A stretch of 64,000 nt of DNA from Octopus sinensis (Eukaryota), in NCBI RefSeq assembly GCF_006345805.1, contig NC_043006.1, forward strand, positions 11,904,001-11,968,000, written 5' to 3'. Positions 28,438-44,339 of this stretch are shown here, one piece after another (within the stretch, counting starts at the first letter, position 1; every line of letters starts with the position of its first letter). The notes under the pieces were generated by a model. The model did not search any database, was not told the DNA's origin, and saw only the letters and a list, made by a program, of their open reading frames with translations. Both the position numbers and the translations under genes were made by a program.

Positions 28438-28504
28438 CAGGTGGTGCTATTAAGTTAGACATGGCCTGGACCAATCTTGGTCGAAACATATCTAAGTATA
28501 TCTA

Positions 28505-28543
<39 letters not shown>

Positions 28544-28880
28544 TCATAGAAACAGAAGAATGATTTATCTGGCTCTACCTACTAGATAATCCAATCGTCT
28601 GTATATACTGTATTTTTTACGCCACACTTAAGGTTCCGTTCATCTTTGGATGCTATTGGTGTTGCGGATTACAAAGCATTTAAGTTCCCTTCATTGATGC
28701 ACTCTGCGCTATGATAATGGATTACTTAACTGTCTGATTTGCGTCATTCTGTCTGGCCAATAATCGTGGCGTGTTTGATAAGCTTTGAGCATAAATGGAC
28801 TGCTGTGTGTGTGTTTGGGTGTGTGTGTGTATGTGTGTGCCCGCGCGTGTGTGTGTCTTCCCATATATGTGTATATACAT

Positions 28881-28926
<46 letters not shown>

Positions 28927-29423
28927 GTGCATTTATATATATATATATATGTTGATATGTGTATATGTGTATACACTTGCACACCAACCTACGCAGACGT
29001 ATTCATACCTGTGCTAACACGCACACACACACACAGATTTATATACACTTTGCAACAATTATGAGTATATTCCAATAATTATGGGATTACAAACCTGTGG
29101 GGATTACCTATCAATTGGGTTATATGTTTTTTGCTATCTATACATATATGTGTGATTGTACACACATATATGTGTGTGCTTGGGTGAGTCTGTACGTATA
29201 TGTATATAACATATATGTATATATATATATATTATATATATAATATATATATATATATATGTGTGTGGTGTGTGTGTGCATATATATGTGTGTATATATG
29301 TATGTATATCTATCTGTTTATATATCTAACTACCTACCTGCCTATCTACATATTTATATATCTATCTATCTGTCTATCTATCTATCTATCTATTATCCAT
29401 CCATCCGTCCGTCCATCGATCCA

Positions 29424-29506
<83 letters not shown>

Positions 29507-29508
29507 AT

Positions 29509-29550
<42 letters not shown>

Positions 29551-30187
29551 ATATACAGCAGCAACAATTATAAGGACTTTCCAATAGTTATAGGATTAGA
29601 GGTCTATTGGTATTATCTATTAATTCGGCTCTATGATTTCTTGCTTTCTAGTATCATAGATAGAATGCCAGCGGATAAAAATACCGTCGTTTTGCTTTTT
29701 CAGACGTTAATGCCCTGAAAACTCAAGTGAACATATTTTGTTAAATTTCTCTTAGTGCGATCTCTGTAACTGTGCAAATATTACGTATAAAATAAATTCT
29801 CTGTGTCTTTTTCTCATTCTGCTTCGCATCTCTCTTTCGTTCGATAGCAATCTAAGTAGAATACCTTTGTATGTTGCCTAAACTTTTAGGATATTATTTA
29901 CAAATTTTACTTAGAAAATATGGATTTCAATTTTTGGTTGATATACATAGAAACCGGAATGTTAGAGGCGACAAAATTTGATAATATTTGCCCGGTATTT
30001 TGTTTTATTGATCCTGGAAGGTTCAAGATAATAAATTAAAGTCTGATCTATGTAATATAAACTAAACTTTGACTCAGGAGAGATATGAACTCAGAAAGTA
30101 CAGGCTCACAACTTAATAGTGTAAAACATTTTGCCCGTCGTTTTTATGATCTGCATACATCACAACCTTCGCTATTTAAGATGCAAA

Positions 30188-30570
30188 TGTGGAGGCGCAA
30201 TGGCCCAGTAGTTAGGACAGCGGACTCGCGGTCTTAGGATCGCGGTTTCGATTCCCAGACCGGCGTTGTGAGTGTTTATTGAGTGAAAACACCTAAAAGC
30301 TCCACGAGGCTCCGGCAGGGGATGGTGGTGATCCCTGCTGTACTCTTTCACCACAACTTTCTCTTACTCTTACTTCCTGTTTCTGTTGTACCTGTATTTC
30401 AAGGGGCCGGCCTTGTCACTCTCTGTGTCATGCTGAATATCCCCAAGAACTACGTTAAGGGTGCACGTGTCTGTAGTGTGCTCAGCCACTTACACGTTAA
30501 TTCCACGAGCAAGCTGTTCCGTTGATCGTATCAGTTGGGACCTTCATCGTCGTAACCGACGGAGTGCTCC
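30188..30570 (+). mobile_element. SINE (head A + tail X)
   Basis: Reverse-complement match to 4080-4464. Confidence 0.9.
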
Positions 30571-30607
30571 TATTATTTACAATGAATATTTACCATGTAA
30601 CATGAAT

Positions 30608-31046
30608 AGGCTCAGGAGTGGCTGTGTGGTAAGTAGCTTGCTAACCAACCTCATGGTTCCGGGTTCAGTCCCACTACGTGGCATCTTGGTTAGCCCCGGG
30701 CCGACCAATGCCTTGTGAGTGGATTTGGTAGACGGAATCCTTGTGAGTGGATTTGGTAGACGGAAACTGAAAGAAGCCTGTCGCATATATGTATATATAT
30801 ATGTATATGTATTTATGTATGTGTGTGTTTGTGTGTCTGTGTTTGTCCCCCTAGCATTGCTTGACAACCGATGCTGGTGTGTTTACGTCCCCGTCACTTA
30901 GCGGTTCGGCAAAAGAGACCGCTAGAATAAGTACTGGGCTTACAAAGAATAAGTCCCGGTGTCGATTTGCTCGACTAAAGGCGGTGCTCCAGCATGGCCA
31001 TAGTCAAATGACTGAAACATGTAAAAGAGTAAAAGAGTAAAGAGTA
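30608..31046 (+). mobile_element. SINE family S copy with an internal deletion and a 28-bp tandem duplication
   Basis: CCTTGTGAGTGGATTTGGTAGACGGAA occurs twice; the GCAAGTGTCTTCTGCTA segment is missing. Confidence 0.9.
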
Positions 31047-31127
31047 TGAACATTTATTGGTAATTTTGAGTGAAGTATTCGCGTCATTACTATCTCATCT
31101 TAATTCAACGGTCTTAGATATTATTCG

Positions 31128-31342
31128 TTTCAAGTTTTGTCACATTCCCAGCAATTTTCAGATTAGGGGCTAAGTCGATCACATCGACCCCATTGTTAAA
31201 CTGCTGTTACTCATATGATTTACCCAGAAATGAGGAAAGGCAAAACTCGACCTCTGCGGAATTTGAACTCAGAGCGTAAGACGGATGAAATGCCGCCAAG
31301 CATTTTGCCCGGCATGCTAACGATTCTGCCACGTCGCCGCTT
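31128..31342 (-). mobile_element. Nin-domain-like SINE
   Basis: GAAAGGCAAAACTCGACCTCTGCGGAATTTGAACTCAGAGC...CTGCCACGTCGCCGC. Confidence 0.75.
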
Positions 31343-34300
31343 GAGTCTTAGATATTATTGAATGCACTATTCTTTTTAAGATGGGAAAATGCTGCTTAAG
31401 CGTAACTTAGCATCTATTTCTAGCAGGCTAAATGACGAGGTACACGTAGGAATTTTGCTTGATAATATCTGCTTGTATGACAGAATTCAAATGAATGTTT
31501 CCACCTTTTATTAAGTTAATGAGCGAAAAAGACTCAAATATTGACCTATTCCGTTTATATAATACTTCTGCCCTCTTTTGTGCCCCAACTCTTCAAAGAG
31601 TTGTAGGGCTGCCATTTTGACATACTTCCTGTCTTGGACATCTTTAAAGGTGCAGAGCTGATTCCTCCCCAAAAATGAAGACAGCTAATATTTCCCCAGA
31701 CCGAAAAAGAACTTTTAAATAAAAGGGAGAAAATGGACCTTAGTATGGGTTTTCTGCTTTATTTACAGATTCAGAAAAGATAAATATTAAACTGGATTTT
31801 CTCCGAAATTTGAACTAAGAGTGAAAAGATTCGAAGAGAAAATTGCTTAGGTTGTATATTACGTCTCCGTAAATAAAACAGAGTAATACTATACAGGTAT
31901 TCAGATAATAGAAAAGTGGTTTTTGCCTTGGTTTTTTTTTTTATTTTCCTTTAGACTATACTGGAGCACCGCGACAGATTCCATCGATATATATCATGTT
32001 ATATTTTTCTTTGTTTATGTTGTCCACTTCAGAAATTATTGGTCACACAGTTTGAATTTATCAAATAATGAGGCTTGATGATTGCTTTAGAGTGATTTAT
32101 TATATCCATCATCAATAAATCTATACGCAGTTTTGCATTTCTTCGTCATTTCCAAGATATATATGTTTGCCAAGAATAAAAATCGTGACTAATCGATACA
32201 CCTACGATATTGATTTGCAGAATTTTTGTAAAAATGTATCCGTTAATATGATATGAAACATATGTTTTAATATGAAAATCTCGATTTTTGTACAAAAACA
32301 TTATAAAACATTCGCGATTATATTCGTGTTTATCATTTTTAGGCGATATCAAACGAGAACATATAGTGTAAGGTATCGTTTTCATTAAATTCAATCTATT
32401 GCTAATGTATGTACTGCAGCTCTTAAATCATCATGGGTTTCATTTTCCAAAGAATATGCAACGCAAGACGTATATCTTTTAATTTCCATGAGTTGGAACT
32501 TGAATAATGATTTTGTAATTTTCACTCTTTAAGCTGGGATTTTGTACCCATAAAATCGTCACCACATAATTTTTTTAGATAAAAAAAAAAATCTTCAAAA
32601 AATCCAAACATTAGTAAAAATGTTATGCTGTGTTGAACATCTAAAACATATGAAATCAAATTACGCTCCATAACCATTTCTAAATGTAGATAGTGCTATT
32701 TTTATCAATATCAATTTCTAGTTACAACCAGTAAGTTTGATGTATATCTACGTCTTTCGGTTCATGAGCCACCTGGTTAATATGGTAACGAAACTGCCCT
32801 CAAAATCACACACAACTATTTAAAAAGAAAGTACAATTTGTGTCATGACGTCCTAGACACACCGTTCCAATAATATTCGGGAGGATCACGACTAGACTGT
32901 CATTGGCTATGTTTGCTCTGTAAAGGCTTCCCTAGAACTAAACATCAATAAAAACTCGACTCCTTATTCGAAGAAAGACTATGGTTGACAAAAGCTGTGA
33001 GCACTCATCTTCCTCAGACAAGAAACAAATGCTTCCTTATTATTTAGTGTTGCTTCAACTAAGTCAGTCTTTTATATTTCTTTTTTATTTTCAGTTCCTA
33101 TAATAGATTCTTTCGGCATTCATTATACGCACTCTTTCATCATATATTAGTATAAAACTTCATTATTCATACATTCATCATTTTGTATGCCATGTCCACT
33201 CTACAATCTATGCGAATACTCACATTATTTTAATGTCTCTTCCTTTATACATATTTATATCTTACTACTTTGATTTTAAAACAGACGTATTCACGCAAAC
33301 AGACACATACGCAAAGCGACACACATCCACACACCTGTGCTCGCGCCGCGCGCACCTAATCATTGTGCTATATATATATATATATTCGTAATTTATGCTG
33401 AGGGTCAAAAATATAAAGCACAGATATATAACATTTGTGTTTTGTTAGAAGTGTTTGGAATGTAATACATATTGATATATGAGAGAGAAAAAGAGAGAGA
33501 GAGAGAACACAGCGCGAAGCGCGGTTTGAGATGACCAGTTCATTGTACACCTCAACAGATTTGAAAGTAATAAGATATCACCAGACGGTACACATAAATA
33601 CAGATCGTATTAAACGATAGGCTTTCGAAGATAACAGCTGTCATGCATGAAGGGTAGACAAATTTGAAATTATCAAGGAAGAATTTGTAAATGCATCGGT
33701 AAATCGAAATTAGTTCGTTTTTCTTTACTATTAGGTTTCAATATTGGAGGATGTAGAGTTTCTCTGTGAATCAGAGACAATATGATTTTACCTCGTTCAT
33801 AAATGCCTGTGCTTTATCTAATAAAGGCGGTGAGATATAAATGATCTCTCATCTATCTTAGGTTTTCCACATAAGCTTTCAACAAGCTGTAATATTTCTC
33901 CAGTTGCAACGACGGAAGGAGATTGTGCGCTGGCGGGAGTAATCTTAAATGAGTGGTCTGTAATTCCTAAGTAACTTGTTGATGTTTTGTTTATGGAAAA
34001 TCAACCTGGCTTACAATGATTGTCTCTTCTATATTTTCCATTGAGTACGAACAACTTTATGTTTCAGTAATGGAAGGCCAGCTACCTATGCTCTGTGTTT
34101 CGTTGAAGCCGTTGAACTTCATGGTACCTGATATGTTTCCGGCTCGCCTTAGCTCACCTTCGTGCTTGAGTTAGTAGTCGTTCGGTAAATATTTAATGAT
34201 TAGAAAGAAAAAAATTGCCTAATACGCCGAATATTCTAAGATATATAATTTTTTCTTTGAATCTTCGAGAGATTGCTAAAGATTTACGACTTACAATGAT

Positions 34301-34410
34301 CAAGGGAGTTGCGAAAGAAAACGAGCTTAGATTCGTTGCTGTTCTTACTGTGAATTGGCAAAGAGGTGATGAATGGTGACTGTAGTATGGACAGGGCGTA
34401 TCGTGTACTG

Positions 34411-34732
34411 AGGTGCGTGGCTTAGTGGTTAGGGCATTCGGCTCATGATCGTAAGGTTGTGAGTTCGATTCCCGGCGACGCGTTGTGTCCTTGAGCAAGA
34501 CACTTTATTTCACGTTGCTCCAGTCCACTCAGCTGGCAAAAATGAGTTGTACTTGTATTTCAAAGGGTCAGCCTTGTCACTCTCTGTGTCACGCTGATTA
34601 TGCCCGAGAACTACGTTAAGGGTACACGTGTCTGTGGAATGCTCAGCCATTTGCAAGTTAATTTCACGAGCAAGCTGTTCCGTTGATCGTATCAGCTGGG
34701 ACCCTCGTCGTCGTAACCGGCGGAGTCTTTTA
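34411..34732 (+). mobile_element. CORE-type SINE (head B + tail X)
   Basis: Head B, then TTGTGTCCTTGAGCAAGACACTT, then tail X; 11-bp TSD ATCGTGTACTG at 34400-34410 and 34733-34743. Confidence 0.9.
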
Positions 34733-34951
34733 ATCGTGTACTGTGAAAAAGGGTCGACCGGCAAAACTAGGTTTCTTGATTAGGGAATGCAAACAGAGGG
34801 TGGGGTTATAAGGTATTCATGTATATACATATATATACATACATATCTATATATCAACAGACATTACTGGATATATAAATCCATATCTATCTATAAATCT
34901 ATCCATCCATCCGCCCTTACATACATAGGTACGTACGTACATACATACATA

Positions 34952-35390
34952 GTGGAATGCCCCAGTGAAAACTTCAATAAAATATAAACACAATGGAGAT
35001 GATATAATGATCTGGAATTGAAAAAATAAACTGGGTGCTGTGGTGGAAATCAGCTGCCCAGCAGATGTTAACATAAAACTGAATAGCAGTTACAAAAAGA
35101 AACCTACGCTGAACTATTTAGAAATTTGAAGTCACTCTATTCAGATTACAAATTCAGGTTTATACCTGTAATTATTGGGGCACTGGAATATGTAACACTC
35201 TGCCTAAATACTAATCTTCAGAAATTAGGCTTCGCAAACCAGAAAGAAGAAAGCTGATTCGAACAGATCGAAGCCATCACAGGAACTGTAAAAATTTTCA
35301 GTTTATTATTTAAGTATATATAAGCATGTCTAGATATGCAAGTATATGCACGAGAATACATACATAGAGCAAAACATAAAGATCTGCACG
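34952..35390 (+). mobile_element. R4/Dong-like LINE fragment: restriction-like endonuclease domain
   Basis: KHNGDDIMIWN*KNKLGAVVEISCPADVNIK...ETYAELFRNL...FIPVIIGALEYV is a decayed PD-(D/E)xK REL motif plus the PVIIGALG motif; begins right after (CATA)n. Confidence 0.75.
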
Positions 35391-35574
35391 TATAGGCACA
35401 GGAGTGGCTGTGTGGTAAGAAGCTTGCCTCCCAACCACATGGATCCGGGTTCAGTCCCACAGCGTGGCACTTTGGGCAAGTGTCTTGAGTAATGATTTTG
35501 GAGGATGATAAAAATCATACGCACGCGTAAACACAAATTCATATATACATACATGCGTAAACATATATCATTGT

Positions 35575-35852
35575 ATGGACCAGGCTCTCGGATGTTATAC
35601 ACCGCTGATCACAATGGCCTTCCTCGCATTGTCGTGGATTTCGAATGACGCCACCTCGCTGCTAAAGCGTGATAGCCAAGGCACCCAGAAACAGAAAGCC
35701 AGTCCGTCGTCGAACTGCTCCAGTCCGCTTATATTTGCAGTTAAGTAAATCGGAGCAAAGTGAAATGAAGTGTTTGCTCAAGAACACAACGCGATATCGA
35801 AACCACAATCTTACGAACATGTTTGCAACAGACTAAGCATTTAACTGCGTGG
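35575..35852 (-). mobile_element. Degenerate SINE (head B + tail W)
   Basis: GACGCCACCTCGCTGCTAAAGCG...GCCAA is the reverse of tail W; GTGAAATGAAGTGTTTGCTCAAGAACACAACGC is the reverse of the head B core. Confidence 0.6.
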
Positions 35853-35889
35853 CAAGTGTTATCATATGTGTACACACACTCATATGCAT

Positions 35890-35937
<48 letters not shown>

Positions 35938-36066
35938 GTATACATTTAAAATTATGTATCTGCAACATGTGTATACATTGCAGTAAATATCGTTGTATAT
36001 GTATGTATGTAAGTACGTATGCTATATATATATGTATATATATATATATAATATATATATATATAG

Positions 36067-36101
<35 letters not shown>

Positions 36102-37799
36102 GCGTGTATTTGTGTGTGTGTGCGTGCGTGTGTGTGAAAACAGAAAAAGTAAACTTCAAACCTTCAATAAACATATGCATATGAGTATAAATATATCTCT
36201 TTAAAATATATCATACCATATTTACACATGTATACAATAATGTCGAAATGAGATTGAAAACACAAGAATGTATAACGCTTTGTTCTCCAAAAACTAAAAA
36301 ATATATATATATCGTAGGGAAATATTATGTGAAAATTGAATATGTTGTTACACTAAGCCTATGTTAGATTGCTCAAATGTTTTATGATCTGAAATTAAAA
36401 ATAGATTATATTTGTTTTGTATAGAGAAATATACCACTAGGTTGTCCTTCATATTTTATCTCTTTTTTTTTTCTATCTCTCTCTGTTTCTATATGAAAAC
36501 ATTCTTGAAGTGTGCCTTGGGGGTGGTCGATGACACACCATTATCTTCGATATTAAAATTACAACTCTGAGCTTACCTTCGGCTGAGTAAACACTAAACT
36601 CAATATCGATAGTTTCAACACACTTGAAAATATCAGAACCCTCCGGGAAATCACACAGTGAATGAGATCACCCAACTGAAAACCAATTTCAATCTGTCTT
36701 GTTTCACAAAGGAGGTAAAAAATGACATTGAATGCATGCAGCATAAAAGAAAAAAAAAGAACTCAACAAGCAGAGATTATAATTGTTCCACAATCGAACT
36801 ATTCCTTTCTTTAGATAAATACCGATGTTTAGATTTAGTTTCTATGTATAGAAAAAAATTACTTATATTTATATCATATATGTTGTAATTCCCGTATGCT
36901 GCAATATTCTTCCTAAGGTTTTAATACTACAACAAAGACATACGTTCATAAATAATGTAATTCTCAGAAATGGTTCTGGCAGTAAGAGAGCAAATGTGTG
37001 CCATGATTTAATATTCTTCTTCTGATGGTCTTCGTACGAAACTGCAATTTCCTTTTCTTAAGGGAAAGCATTAAGCCTGGAATCCTTTCTTTGTATCAAA
37101 AGCTTAACCACATCATTATAAATATGTTATGTTTTACGCATTCCTATATATTCAACTGAAGCAAAATCATTTCAATTTGAGTAACTACCGCCATTGTGGC
37201 TTAGATAAATATAACACTCTTTCTAATAACATTTTTCTCTGATTTCAATGTTGAATTTACACACAACATAAAAGAAAATTGTTTCACTAGAGTTAAAATA
37301 TTTTCGTTTTGCTTATCTGTTTATTCATGTACTTCTTCCATTCTATGTTGTGGAATCTTTAAATCTGTTCTTGTTCATCAAGTACTTATGTGTTGGTTTT
37401 GATTGGAATTGTCTTTACGTAGAATAGAATCGTTTCAGGCTACTCCGTCAAAATTGTTACTTAAATGACAAATACATGGTGCCTTTACTATTCGAATACA
37501 AGTGGTTTATTTCAAATCAATACTACAATATTTAAATAATCTCTATGCTTGAAACGATCATTTCTTTTTGTCATTTCCATACTATTAAGTGATATTTTTC
37601 ATTTTGCTAAAATACAAAAGATTGCTTACAGTTTATTAAAAAAAATATCGTTTACAATGAAATGCCCAAAAATTTCATTGCATTTCTGCGTCCTACTTAT
37701 TAACTCGATTCAGCTTCTGCATTAATATGTCTGGCTTCACTCATTTCAATATATCCTCTTAACATTATGCATGTATGAATGTGTGTATGTGTGTATGCG

Positions 37800-38132
37800 C
37801 GGGGACATAGAAATAATCAGACTGAATACCCGATCGCACGGTTAAACCATTAGGAGTGAAGGACTCCCAGCCTTTGTTAGGGCATCCTTCTAGGAGAAGG
37901 TAACTCAGGTAACTGGTATAACTCCGACATAAAACCTGCGGCTCAGTGGTTACCGATGATGTTGACTTGTTCTTCTTTTCGGATTATGGCTGCTGTTGCT
38001 TAGTGAGTGGGATTGACTCAGTGCACAGCCTTTCCTCACTTTAAAAAAATCTTCATGCACAGGCATTGCACGATAACAACATTGATTAAGCTACGTGCAA
38101 TGGCCATACTCTATAACGAGGGGGCAGGCACC
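37800..38132 (+). mobile_element. Probable non-autonomous RTE-type retroposon fragment
   Basis: GC-richer island with GGGCATCCTTCTAGGAGAAGGTAACTC, resembling an RTE 5'-UTR motif; followed by (TATG)n. Confidence 0.4.
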
Positions 38133-38231
38133 ATGTATGTATGTATGTATGTATGTATGTATGTATGTATGTATTTATGTATGGACGGATTGATGTATGA
38201 ATGGATGCATTGACTATGTCCCTCTCTGTGA

Positions 38232-38267
<36 letters not shown>

Positions 38268-38274
38268 ATACATA

Positions 38275-38630
38275 TAAATAAGAGTGCAGAGTAGCATCAA
38301 CAATTGCTAAAAACAACTAGAATAGCCACACAGAGTCACCAACATCATGAGAAGTTCAAAGGATGTGCAAGCGGCAAGCCACAACACCTTTCTCCTGCGA
38401 GATAAACCTCGCTGAATGGAGTAATTTGATAAGACCCTGCCATATGATTTCGAAACTTAACCAATAAGATTTCGTTTCTCTTCGGGGGTATCCACAAACT
38501 ACTCCAGGTTAAAGAGATAGCTTGCTTCTCGAACATCTCATGAGGCTGGTGATTTGGTGTGGATATTCGAGTTATATATTTTAGTTCTTATTTCTAGCAT
38601 CTGTAGGTTCTATGTTGTACCCTTATTTGT
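38275..38630. repeat. Diverged inverted-repeat (fold-back) element
   Basis: TCACCAACATCATGAGAAGTTC mirrors GAACATCTCATGAGGCTGGTGA; AAATAAGAGTGCA mirrors TGTACCCTTATTT. Confidence 0.6.
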
Positions 38631-38728
38631 GTATTCTGACTTTTTTTCTTTATTGTTTTAGCCACATATATTATAATGTATTTAGTATATCATAATATTA
38701 ATTTATCGTTATAATATCTTATTGAATG

Positions 38729-38784
<56 letters not shown>

Positions 38785-39923
38785 GGGAATAAATCCAAAT
38801 TTACAGGGAAAAAATCAGATTTAGGATTAAATCCAATTTTATAGTAAAATATTATATAATATTAATTCGAGACAAAACCACTATTTTGCAAAACAAACCC
38901 TAACCCTAACCCTATATGTATATGTGTGTGTATACACATATATGAGTATATACGCACGCACACACTTATGTACAACAGGCTTCTTTCAGTTTCTGTCTAC
39001 GAAATCCACTCACAACGCCTTGGTCGGCCCCAGGCTATAGTAGAAGAGACTTACTCGATATGTCACGACTGAATACGGAACACATGTGGTTGGGAAGCAA
39101 TCTTTGTATCATACAGTCATGCTTATGCCTATGTATAGTAATGATACCTTGTTGTCATTTAGAATAATTATGAAGGGCAAGTCTATCATTGTAATAACAA
39201 CGATGGTCATTATGTTTATAGTAAAGTATTTGATCTTCAGTCTCAATCGAAACGGCATTAACAGCATAGTGTATCTGCATGGAGCAGAGCGTATAACTGA
39301 TGATCATTGAGTTCAGAAATTTTTAATATGTACAGTATATTTTCAATATTTATCTACGATCTCTTAGAAGCAATAGAAATATATTTGAAGCCCTGAAAAT
39401 ATATCGTTGCCTGCTGGTCTCTGTTGGAGAAAGACAATGTAATTTCTTCGTGTCTTCCACAGCAACCGAAACCACGTTCAGGCATCCGTCTTGACGGATA
39501 GTAACATTCGTTGACAGCTAACACACCAAGGTGTTTCAAGGATAATTTGCATTCATAAAAAAAATGAGCGTTATTCTACATCTCTAGACTTGACGCTTAA
39601 TTGAGTGCAAAAACCTCATTATCGCTCAACTCTAATAACGCAACATTTGTTATCTAACAGCTGCTCTTCAATTTAGTTAGGTTGATTGATTTAACGGCTG
39701 TGTTAAAAACATCATTTGTCATTTTAAAAGAAGTATTTATCTTTCTTGACACATACTCTCGCTTAAAAGCCAATATATTACTCACACAAATATTACATAA
39801 AACATAGGTCTATATATGGTTGTATCAGATCACCAACACAATATATATATATATATATATATATACATACGTATATACATATATTGTATACACAGGCACC
39901 CATATCTACATGCATACCAACAT

Positions 39924-39957
<34 letters not shown>

Positions 39958-39958
39958 A

Positions 39959-40309
39959 AAAGGAAATGAAGAAAATGCTGACAAAATAATTTAAGTAAGG
40001 GAGAGTGTATTTAATTAGGTGAAAGTTCTTTTTACCGGTTGCGCATTTGTTATGCTTATCAAAAAGATAATTTTTTAAGAGAGATAGAGTTCCTTTCTGA
40101 TAGATTTTTTTCTCTTTTCTGATACATTTTTTTCTCTTTTTCTCTTTTCAGAAAAGAGAAAAAAATCTATCAGAAAGGAACTCTTTCTCTCTTAAAAAAT
40201 TATCTTTTGATAAGCATAACAAATGCGCAATCGGTAAAAAGAACTTTCACCTAATTAAATACACTCTCCCTTACTTAAATTATTTTGTCAGCATTTTCTT
40301 CATTTCCTT

Positions 40310-40310
<1 letters not shown>
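39959..40310. repeat. Near-perfect long palindrome (about 163-bp arms, 25-nt loop) within (TA)n
   Basis: Arm 39959-40122 is the reverse complement of 40148-40310 with about 3 differences. Confidence 0.95.
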
Positions 40311-40345
<35 letters not shown>

Positions 40346-40346
40346 C

Positions 40347-41268
40347 ACGAGTGGGTACCAGTAAGTTCCCGGACTAATTCTGTAGCGCGCCAACGAATGA
40401 CATCACATGGTTGCGTGTGCAGTGATCTCCATGAGGCAGTGCGCCTGCGCCGAGTGGCATTGCTGTGATTAGTTCGGGAGTTGTGAAATTTGTGCTTTTG
40501 TGATCACGTACATGCTGTGGTCAGCGATTCTTGTCACGGACAGTACGTTGGAACAAACGTGAAATTTTCCGTTAAGCTTGGTAAGTCTGGTACAGAGACA
40601 TTAAGCATTCTATGGTAAGCTTACGGCGAAGAGGCAATGGGTCGTATGCAATGTTTCGGGCGGCACGGGTGCTGCAAAATCGGAAAAACATTTCTGGAAG
40701 AGGATGAGCGATCTGGAGGTCCTGCTACGAGAGTCAACCCCAGAAACGTGAAGAAAATTCATCAGCTTTTGCATGATGATCATCGGAGTAGATTCAACAA
40801 CATTTTCAAGTTTTTGAAGGAGGATATTCGGCAAAAGCGGCCCGATGTGTGGAGCACGAAAAATTGGATTCTCACGACGACAATGCGTCCTCTCACTGAG
40901 CTCTTCTCACTCGTGATTTTCTCGCGAAAAGAAACAGGGTTTCGCTTCCGCGCTTGCCCTATTCGCCCGAGTTAGCACCTACGGACTTTCATCACTTACC
41001 CAAGATGAAAATGCTGCTCAAAAGTCACCGTTTTAGCACTGTTATCCAGATCAAGAGCGAATCGCAGAGTTCTCGATTCGCTTTACAGAAAATGACTTCC
41101 ATGACGGATTCCAAACGTGGCAGGAACGCTAAAGTGGTGGGGATCGCTGGGACCGGTGCATTGTGGCACAGGGTGACTATTTTGGAGATGTTGTTTTAAA
41201 CTTAGGTAAAGAAGTAATTTTTTTAATAAATTATAACTAGTACAGGAACATTTTTATAATACCTCGTA
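40347..41268 (+). mobile_element. Mariner transposon, internally deleted and frameshifted
   Basis: VKLGKSGTETLSIL..AYGEEAMGRMQCF...LEEDERSGGP and PYSPELAPTDF (YSPDLAP motif); imperfect TIRs ACGAGTGGGTACC..AAGTTCCCGGACTA / TAGTACAGGAAC..ATACCTCGTA. Confidence 0.88.
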
Positions 41269-41490
41269 TGTACACATCCATCTATCCATCTATCCATCCA
41301 TGTATCCTTCTATTCATCCATTCATCTATCCATCCATCCATTTATACACCCGTCCATCCGTATATATGTCTATATGTATTTCATTATCTATCAGCGCAAA
41401 TTCGAAATATAATCAGGAAACAGCCCCGTTATTCGAAATGCAAACACACACACACACACACACACACGCAGGCACACACACACACACATA

Positions 41491-41528
<38 letters not shown>

Positions 41529-41564
41529 TATTATATATATATATTATATATATATATACATATG

Positions 41565-41595
<31 letters not shown>

Positions 41596-41598
41596 TAT

Positions 41599-41665
<67 letters not shown>

Positions 41666-41682
41666 TATACATATATATATAT

Positions 41683-44225
<2,543 letters not shown>

Positions 44226-44246
44226 ATATATAAATAATATATATAT

Positions 44247-44339
<93 letters not shown>

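Noticed and set aside
30188-30262. tRNA-like sequences with A/B boxes (also 21107, 34411, 59917)
   Set aside because: SINE heads continuing into SINE bodies; no complete cloverleaf.
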